From Candidatus Woesearchaeota archaeon (GTDB taxonomy: Archaea; Nanobdellota; Nanobdellia; Woesearchaeales; UBA583), in the NCBI GenBank assembly GCA_965205335.1, contig OZ242164.1, positions 160,001 through 224,000 on the forward strand: 64,000 bases of DNA. The letters run 5' to 3'. Under the pieces are notes generated by a model. The model worked only from the letters and a program-made list of their open reading frames with translations, searched no databases and was not told the DNA's origin. This document shows, piece after piece, positions 57,027 through 64,000 of this stretch. The translations under genes were made by a program, and so were the position numbers. Position 1 is the stretch's first letter. The number at the start of each line of letters is the position of its first letter.

Positions 57027-59183
57027 ATGTTAGCGAAATTAATAGGGAAATCAGATATTTACAAATTCAGAATTGAAATCTTAGGAGATGTTAAAACATT
57101 TGATTTCCTAAAAGTAAATCATGAAGAATTCCCAAACATTCTAACCCAAGTCACTAACATAACTCGTGATGGCGATACTCTTTTAGGAGACTGCAAAATT
57201 ATAGGGTACAGAGAAAGCGGAGTACTAAAAAACATAAGAACACCATTCTTATTAGATGCACAAATTGAAAAAGCTGATGACAAATTTATTGAAGAAACAA
57301 TAGGACTAAACATTGACAAAGAAAACTTCATAGGAGTCTTAGAACACCACTCAGGTTTAAAAATTTCAATTGATCTTAAAAAAGCAATCACAAAACACAT
57401 GGCAATTCTTGCAAAATCAGGAGCGGGAAAATCATACACTGTTGGAGTAATACTTGAAGAAGTCCTGAAAAAGAACATACCAATTGTAATACTTGACCCT
57501 CATAACGAATATGCATCCCTGAAATATCCCAACGCTGAAAAAAAAGACTTGGGCAGACTTGAAAAATTCAATTTAAAACCTCAGGGATTTTTAGAAAGAG
57601 TAAAAGAATTCTCCCCTGACACTGAAATAAATCCTCAATGTGAACCAATAACACTTGACATAAACAAACTAAAACCTCAGGAATTAGTTGATTCCCTTCC
57701 CCAAAAACTAAGCCCTGCCCAATCAAACATACTATTTAACATTCTCAGCAACACAACAAACAAACTAAGCATTGATGAATTAATATTTAACATTTCAAAC
57801 GAAGAATCAAACTCAAAATGGTCTCTTATAACAATGCTTGAACAACTTAAAAAATTAAAACTATACTCAAACACCCCAACGCCCCCCGAAGAGATAGTAA
57901 AATACAAAAGATGCTCTATCATTTCATTAAAAGGAGTTGAGCCCTATGTCCAAGAAACATTCATTAGCGGACTAATAAGAGACTTATTTGACAAAAGAAA
58001 AAAAGAAGAAATCCCACCCTTCTTATTAGTCTTAGAAGAAGCCCATAATTTCTGCCCTGAAAGAGCACTTGGAGAAACAAAAGCCTCAAAAGTAATTCGG
58101 ACAATTGCTGCTGAAGGTCGTAAATTCGGACTTGGACTATGCGTCATTTCACAAAGACCAGCAAAAGTTGATAAAAATGTAATCTCCCAATGCACAACCC
58201 AGATACTTCTTAAAATCACAAATCCCAACGACTTAAAATCTGTTATATCATCATCAGAGGGTGTATCTTCTGACTCTGAAGGGGAAATCCAAAAACTAAA
58301 CATCGGAACATGCCTCCTAACTGGAGTCATCGACATACCTCTAAAAATAAACATAAGACCAAGAATTTCAAAACACGGAGGAGAAACCGTTGACATAACA
58401 CTTCCATATGAATTAGATGAAAACGGAAACAAATCAGAAGACGCTAATACACCAAATGAAAATGAACAAAAAAACACAAATAACGAGAAAACAGAAGATG
58501 ATAAAAAAGAAATAAAAGAAGTAGAAAATAAAACAGATGAAAAAGAAATGAACAAAGAGAGAAATGATGACAAAATATTTACTTCTGGCAAGAACAATGA
58601 ATTCATCCAACACATCAGTGCAGAAATAACACCTGACGATGCCAAAGTAATGCTTGACTGCGATAAAATTGAAATCCAATTAGTCCCAGCATCAATAATC
58701 AAGCTAAAAACAAGTTCAGGAAAACAGGCAAACATACTGTACGATAGAGCAAACAAAAAAATAATAAAAAAAATATTTCCTTATGAAGGATATGATGCAA
58801 ATCTAAATCCTGATAACCTAACAGATACTGAAATGAAATTTCTAAAAGTCATTCTAAAACTTGAAGACAGCTTTAATCCAGCTGAACTAATGATTAAAAC
58901 CGACAGCACATTCAACGAAATCCTAAGAGTCTGCGACACATTAGCAGCAAAAGGAGTTATTAACAAATCAAACAAACAATTTGAAATAGGAAGCCTAAAA
59001 TTTGCCAAAAAATTAGATGAATTAAACTTTTATGGAAACCAGAAATTTGAAGAAATATCTTATGATACAATCCTTGACTCAAAAATTAATGAAAACGAGA
59101 CTAGAAAACTCTTTGAAATATTTGGAACTGTTCATAACATCAAGGAAATATTCATACTAAAATACATTGGAAAGAAAATATAA
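57027..59183 (+). CDS. HerA/FtsK-superfamily (DUF87) ATPase with C-terminal wHTH-like region
   Basis: AKSGAGKS, ILDPHNEY, LEEAHNFCPE, EGRKFG, SQRPAKVD. Confidence 0.88.
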   Translation: MLAKLIGKSDIYKFRIEILGDVKTFDFLKVNHEEFPNILTQVTNITRDGDTLLGDCKIIGYRESGVLKNIRTPFLLDAQIEKADDKFIEETIGLNIDKENFIGVLEHHSGLKISIDLKKAITKHMAILAKSGAGKSYTVGVILEEVLKKNIPIVILDPHNEYASLKYPNAEKKDLGRLEKFNLKPQGFLERVKEFSPDTEINPQCEPITLDINKLKPQELVDSLPQKLSPAQSNILFNILSNTTNKLSIDELIFNISNEESNSKWSLITMLEQLKKLKLYSNTPTPPEEIVKYKRCSIISLKGVEPYVQETFISGLIRDLFDKRKKEEIPPFLLVLEEAHNFCPERALGETKASKVIRTIAAEGRKFGLGLCVISQRPAKVDKNVISQCTTQILLKITNPNDLKSVISSSEGVSSDSEGEIQKLNIGTCLLTGVIDIPLKINIRPRISKHGGETVDITLPYELDENGNKSEDANTPNENEQKNTNNEKTEDDKKEIKEVENKTDEKEMNKERNDDKIFTSGKNNEFIQHISAEITPDDAKVMLDCDKIEIQLVPASIIKLKTSSGKQANILYDRANKKIIKKIFPYEGYDANLNPDNLTDTEMKFLKVILKLEDSFNPAELMIKTDSTFNEILRVCDTLAAKGVINKSNKQFEIGSLKFAKKLDELNFYGNQKFEEISYDTILDSKINENETRKLFEIFGTVHNIKEIFILKYIGKKI

Positions 59184-59298
59184 ATTCTAATAATTGAGAT
59201 AACAAAAATATTTTTATCTCTCTTATTTTTGCTATTTGACACCCAAGAGTGATTAAAAAACACAAACTTATAAATATATTTCTATTTTTTATCATATT

Positions 59299-60144
59299 GT
59301 GACATTAGAAAAAGTTCTTGAAACATCAGGAGAAGAATTTAATAGGTTCGATGAAATCTGTAAAATCTATGAAATTTCAAAGGAAAGATTAGAAGAGATT
59401 ATAGAAAAATTCCCTGCATTTGCAGGATATGACCATAAAAGAGTTGTAAAGCAGGCAACACAAGTATATGAAAACGAAAAAAGAGTTAAAGAAGCTATAT
59501 TAAAATTCCCTCCATTTGCAGGACTTGACCATAAAAGAGTTGTAAAGCAAGCAACACAAGTATATGAAAACGAAAAAAGAGTTAAAGAAGCTATATTAAA
59601 ACACCCTCAATTTGCAGGACTTGACCACAAAAGAGTTGTAAAGCAAGCAACACAAGTATATGAAAACGAAAAAAGAGTTAAAGAAGCTATATTAAAACAC
59701 CCTCCATTTGCAGGATATGACCACAAAAGAGTTGTACAAGAAGCAACACAAGTATATGAAAACGAAAAAAGAGTTAAAGAAGCTATATTAAAATTCCCTC
59801 GATTTGCAGGACTTGACCATAAAAGAGTATATAGACAGAAAACAAGAATCGGACGCCTTATAGGTTTATCCAATGAAGAATCCATTGATATTATTCTTAA
59901 TACTTCTAATTCGGCTGGTTATTCCTACAGAAGGGATTTAGCCAGAATTGATGTTGTAAGAACTCTAAGAGATGAAGGAGTGGAAATCACAGAAGATGTA
60001 AAAAACTGGTTTATTAATAACTATATAAAAAGTCCATATGTACCTAATACAAGAAGAAGAATCTCTCATGTAGATGATGGGTTAGAGCCACCATTATTAG
60101 TTGGGGCAAGGAGAAAATTTGCAGACCAACTTAATGCAATCTAA
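59299..60144 (+). CDS. 32-aa tandem helical repeat protein (mTERF-like spacing)
   Basis: Four near-identical 96-bp units P.FAG.DHKRVVKQATQVYENEKRVKEAILK plus a partial fifth, ~59410-59830. Confidence 0.75.
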   Translation: MTLEKVLETSGEEFNRFDEICKIYEISKERLEEIIEKFPAFAGYDHKRVVKQATQVYENEKRVKEAILKFPPFAGLDHKRVVKQATQVYENEKRVKEAILKHPQFAGLDHKRVVKQATQVYENEKRVKEAILKHPPFAGYDHKRVVQEATQVYENEKRVKEAILKFPRFAGLDHKRVYRQKTRIGRLIGLSNEESIDIILNTSNSAGYSYRRDLARIDVVRTLRDEGVEITEDVKNWFINNYIKSPYVPNTRRRISHVDDGLEPPLLVGARRKFADQLNAI

Positions 60145-60179
60145 TAGTAATTCTAAATAAAATTTTTATCTAACCATCT

Positions 60180-60285
60180 TGACTTTTTTAATGCCTTAAT
60201 TCTGCTCTCTGTTGTTGGATGTGTTGAAAATAATTTAAATATTGAACTTCCTTTAAACGGGTTTACAATAAATAAACCCTCAACT
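60180..60285 (-). pseudogene. C-terminal remnant of an HtpX-like M48 protease
   Basis: [30 protein letters not shown] with an in-frame stop just upstream. Confidence 0.6.
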
Positions 60286-60365
60286 TAAGCAGTTCCCAAA
60301 TGGACATTTTATTCCCTTCAAAATAATTATAAATATATTTCAATAAAAACTTTATAAAAGTTCTA

Positions 60366-61289
60366 ATGAGTTCACAAAACAGCCTGACAACCCTTTACAA
60401 TATTAGCAGTTCCATCCCTCTTCTACTATTTATAATTTCATTATTTATTTTACACCAATTCATTATAGAAGAATTCTCATATGGATTTATTGCAATGTTT
60501 CTTGCATTAATCATACAGACTATGTATTTAATGATCAAAGACTTGCAACATACTAATCAAAGTAACTTTAACAAATATCTAACGAACATTTCAGAACTTA
60601 TCACATTTGGTATCTGTCCAATTATTTTTGGATTAATCTTCTTCAAAGGTGCTGAATCCATATTTATTATATCATCATTAATACTTTTTGCGATATTTAC
60701 AATACTTTGGGCGGTAAGAAATTGGGCGCTTGATATGAAAAATTCAGTGGGCTGGTCAATCTCGTTTAATGGTTTATTCATGCCAATAATCTATTACATA
60801 TACTTATACCACCTTTACGGCTCAGACAGTTCTGTATTCCTTTTATACTTTCTAACAGTTGGTGTTCTAGGCATTTGGAATTACAATTTTTTAAGCAATA
60901 TAAAAGATAAAGAAAAATACTATTTAGAAGAATTTGAAATCCAGAAATCAAGGATAATGGATATGGTTGAGAATTATTATGACAAAAAGGAAAACCTGCA
61001 AAATAGCAAAGACAATGAGAACCTAGAAGATGAAGAATTTGAAATAGATGGAGAATTTGAGGCTGATAGAGAATTCATTGAAAAAACCTTCCAAAATGAA
61101 ACAAAAAATAATAATGATTTTAGAATAGAAAATATGCCAACTGAAAGTGAATTAAGAGATACATTTGACCCTTCAAGCATGAAAATAGAAAATTCAACTA
61201 AAAAATCATTACAAGAAGAAAGAAAGAAAAACGAAAATAATTCTGCAGATAATAACAAAGAAGATGAATTAGATAGAAAATGGGATTAA
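60366..61289 (+). CDS. Membrane protein, degenerate CDP-alcohol phosphatidyltransferase-like, with acidic tail
   Basis: About 6 TM helices; ISELITFGICP resembles PssA LADxVSFGVAP. Confidence 0.45.
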   Translation: MSSQNSLTTLYNISSSIPLLLFIISLFILHQFIIEEFSYGFIAMFLALIIQTMYLMIKDLQHTNQSNFNKYLTNISELITFGICPIIFGLIFFKGAESIFIISSLILFAIFTILWAVRNWALDMKNSVGWSISFNGLFMPIIYYIYLYHLYGSDSSVFLLYFLTVGVLGIWNYNFLSNIKDKEKYYLEEFEIQKSRIMDMVENYYDKKENLQNSKDNENLEDEEFEIDGEFEADREFIEKTFQNETKNNNDFRIENMPTESELRDTFDPSSMKIENSTKKSLQEERKKNENNSADNNKEDELDRKWD

Positions 61290-62572
61290 ATCCTTAGGAA
61301 TTTCCTGTTTCCTAAGTAAGGTCTTAGAACTCTTGGAATTCTTACATTTGCATCCATTGTCTGATACTGTTCAATTATTGCAATAATAACCCTTGTTAGA
61401 GCAATTGCTGTTGAGTTCAAAGTGTGCATAAATTCTAATGTTCCATCTTCTGTCTGATACCTTGCATTTAACCTTCTTGCTCCATAATCTCTATAATTTG
61501 AGGCGCTAACCATTTCACGATACTTTTTCTGAGAAGGCAGCCACGCTTCAATATCAAATTTTCTTGATGCCATCGAACCAATATCTCCACTACAAATATC
61601 AACAACTCCATAATGCAGTCCCAACTCATCAAAAATCTCCTTTGCATTACCTAATATCTCCTCATACAACTCATCTGAATCTTCTGGCTTTGAAAATATG
61701 AACTGTTCAATCTTATTAAAATTATGAACTCTAAATATCCCCTTTGAGTCCTTTGTAACTCCAAGTTCCTTTCTAAAACACGCAGAAAAACCAACATACT
61801 TCAAAGGTAAATCCTTATGATTAATTTCACAATCAGCATGCAACACAGCAAGAGCATGCTCTGATGTTCCAATCAAACATAAATCCTCTCCCTCAATATC
61901 ATAAATTAATTCCTTAAAATCACTAAGCGAAACAGACTTTCCAAGCGCTTCTTTTCTAAGCATGGGAGGAACTTCTATAGGACAATAACCTTTTGAAATC
62001 ATTTTATTTAAAACATAATTGTAGAGGGCAAATTGAAGCATTACAAGTTCATTTTTCAAGTAATAAAAACGTTTCCCTGAATGCTTTGCGGCAGTCTTTA
62101 AATCATACCAATCATTTGCCTCGCAGATTTCCTGATGTGTTTTTACATCAAATTCAAATTCAGGTTTCTTTCCTCTTCTTTCCACCTCAACATTATCCTC
62201 TTCATCTTCGCCATAAGGAACTTCTTTATCTAAGAGATTTGGAATTTTTATCAATATCTCATCTCTCTCACTTTCCAAATTTTTAACTTGCTCATCCTTA
62301 TTAACTATATCATCCGCTACCTTCTTAACCTTATCCAACTGGGACTTAATATCTCCTCCTTCCTTTTTCACTTGCGCTATAAGTTTTGACTCCTTATTTT
62401 TTTCTGATTTTAGTTTGTCTAAGTCAAATTTAGCCTTTCTCCACTTCTCATCTGCTCTTAGGACTTCATCAACAATTGATACATCAAAATCAACTCTTCT
62501 TTTCAATTCCTCTTTCACAAAATCAGGTCTTTCACGAATTAATTTAATATCAAGCATAGTTATGTCACACAC
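61286..62572 (-). CDS. serS: Seryl-tRNA synthetase
   Basis: MLDIKLIR, LIGTSE, CFRKE, GIFRVHNFNKIEQF, EMVSASN, HTLNST. Confidence 0.97.
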   Translation of the reverse strand: MCDITMLDIKLIRERPDFVKEELKRRVDFDVSIVDEVLRADEKWRKAKFDLDKLKSEKNKESKLIAQVKKEGGDIKSQLDKVKKVADDIVNKDEQVKNLESERDEILIKIPNLLDKEVPYGEDEEDNVEVERRGKKPEFEFDVKTHQEICEANDWYDLKTAAKHSGKRFYYLKNELVMLQFALYNYVLNKMISKGYCPIEVPPMLRKEALGKSVSLSDFKELIYDIEGEDLCLIGTSEHALAVLHADCEINHKDLPLKYVGFSACFRKELGVTKDSKGIFRVHNFNKIEQFIFSKPEDSDELYEEILGNAKEIFDELGLHYGVVDICSGDIGSMASRKFDIEAWLPSQKKYREMVSASNYRDYGARRLNARYQTEDGTLEFMHTLNSTAIALTRVIIAIIEQYQTMDANVRIPRVLRPYLGNRKFLRI

Positions 62573-62691
62573 TTTTCATATTTAAACATTTCTATTGTTA
62601 CATAAAATATTTGTTATCATTTAAAGTAAATAGTAAAATTTTATGAACTCTCTAAGTCTTTCTTTTAGAATTCAAAAAGGTACTAAAAAAA

Positions 62692-63762
62692 ATGTTAAAT
62701 GAAAAGCAAGCAAGAGAACTTATGGAAGAGTATGGCCCAACAGTAAATGAAGGTAGAACAATTGAAGAGTTAATTAGAGATAATGAGATTCCAAGACTAA
62801 ATGAGGAAGACATAGAAACCAGAAAAGGGAAAGTAACTGATAGTGTTTTTGGCGAAAACTTAAAAATTGAATATCTTCCCCTTCGCCTTATGTATAGAAC
62901 AAACAAGGTATCAACTCATGATATAAACAGAGGAACTATTCCTTTTAAGGATCAGGTTCTTGCAGTGAATCACGAATTTATGAGAGGACTTGTAGGAAAA
63001 ACTTTAGGAGATCCTCAATTCAATATTCTAAATCTTGAGCCAACATCAACAGTAATCCCTACTGTTAATCTTCATATGATAATGATAGAGAGTGTTCTTA
63101 GAAAATATATGGCAGAAAGCTCCACTCAAACCTCACTCTATCAGGCATGGTTGAGGGCTAAACAAGATGACTTAGAAAGTTTTAATTATGCAGGAAGAGA
63201 TTTTAAGGTAAGTAATTTATCTCCTAACGGACTTCTCCCATTCCTACTTGATTCTCCATCTACAAAATCAGAGGTTGATGAAACCATATCACCCGAGGAA
63301 GTCATTAGCAGAGGAATATGTACAGAAGGTGATTATACAAAGATAGTAAACGTTGGAAGTCAAGCATTTAACCTTGTAGCAGACTATCTTTCCGAAAGTG
63401 GTTTGGTGTTAGTTGATACCAAATTAGAGCACGGAAGAATACCTAGTAAAATAATTAAGAGTCAAATTTTTGGAGCAGACGAATTATTTACATTGGATTC
63501 TTCACGATTCTGGAGACTTGATGATTCTGGTAATATTGAAATAGGAGAAAATGGAAAACCTGTTTCATATTCAAAGGAATTTGTTAGAGGAATGGAGTTT
63601 GATAAAAGAGGTCTCTTAAAGCCTGAAGATGAAATAAGAGCAGGAGTTAGATATATAATAGGAATTCAGCATATAATAGGAAAGGAGTTTAAGCCAGATT
63701 TAAGACCAAGAGATGAGAGAATTGTAGAATCAACAAATATGATACTTAAGTATCTAACATAA
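62692..63762 (+). CDS. purC: SAICAR synthetase-family protein
   Basis: GKV.D, TNKVSTHD..IPFKDQVL, PSTK, LVDTKLEHG, DELFTLDSSRFW, SKEFVR. Confidence 0.8.
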   Translation: MLNEKQARELMEEYGPTVNEGRTIEELIRDNEIPRLNEEDIETRKGKVTDSVFGENLKIEYLPLRLMYRTNKVSTHDINRGTIPFKDQVLAVNHEFMRGLVGKTLGDPQFNILNLEPTSTVIPTVNLHMIMIESVLRKYMAESSTQTSLYQAWLRAKQDDLESFNYAGRDFKVSNLSPNGLLPFLLDSPSTKSEVDETISPEEVISRGICTEGDYTKIVNVGSQAFNLVADYLSESGLVLVDTKLEHGRIPSKIIKSQIFGADELFTLDSSRFWRLDDSGNIEIGENGKPVSYSKEFVRGMEFDKRGLLKPEDEIRAGVRYIIGIQHIIGKEFKPDLRPRDERIVESTNMILKYLT

Positions 63763-63875
63763 TAATTTTTATCTATCTACAATTTAGGTTTACGATATTT
63801 CTTAATTAGTTTTTTCCAAGATAAACTACAATAAACTTTATATTAATAGTTCAATTTCTCTTCTTTATTATTCAT

Positions 63876-63950
63876 GGCCCTATAGCTTAATCTGGATTAG
63901 AGTAAGAGGTTTCGGCCCTCTTGGTGCGGGTTCAAATCCCGCTGGGGTCT
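63876..63950 (+). tRNA. tRNA-Arg (anticodon TCG), CCA not encoded
   Basis: Acceptor GGCCCTA/TGGGGTC; anticodon arm AGAGG-TTTCGGC-CCTCT; T arm GCGGG-TTCAAAT-CCCGC. Confidence 0.93.
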
Positions 63951-64000
63951 TTTCTTAATTGCATTTACGCTTATTCCCAGTAAAAACACACTAAAAAAAT

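Noticed and set aside
57944-58756. 270-aa minus-strand ORF and similar antisense ORFs (2571-3068, 13002-13430, and those within the S-layer, aaRS and glmS genes)
   Set aside because: Fully antisense to motif-supported genes, with Ser/Phe/Leu-rich shadow composition

Overview
Very AT-rich window that looks like a DPANN archaeon (Woesearchaeota/Pacearchaeota-like). This assignment is inferred from gene content: archaeal-type GlyRS and AlaRS, AMP phosphorylase, paired PRC-barrel genes, an S-layer protein and a CCA-less tRNA. About 27.5-64 kb is mostly housekeeping: rtcB, PRC barrels, glyS, argS, AMP phosphorylase, dtd, editing-less alaS, pepA, glmS, a glycogen cluster, a HerA-like ATPase, serS, purC and tRNA-Arg. 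About 0-27.5 kb is an accessory island of toxin-antitoxin and defence remnants plus three notable structures. (1) A six-cassette locus (6782-23405) has four cassettes facing right and two facing left. Each consists of a near-identical 166-bp leader, a ~305-aa twin-arginine-signal protein (subfamily A or B, with mosaic alleles) and, tail-to-tail, the 3' end of a cognate partner gene (alpha with A, beta with B) whose last 14-30 residues are cassette-specific. The outer cassettes form a ~1.1-kb inverted repeat. (2) An IS5-family element and a cognate MITE jointly bracket a beta-propeller lipoprotein gene, with a shared 8-bp target duplication. (3) A 3.77-kb transposase-less element with perfect 24-bp TIRs and a 9-bp target duplication carries a complete S-layer gene. 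All alignments were done by eye with no database searches, and collapse or chimerism of repeats during assembly cannot be excluded.
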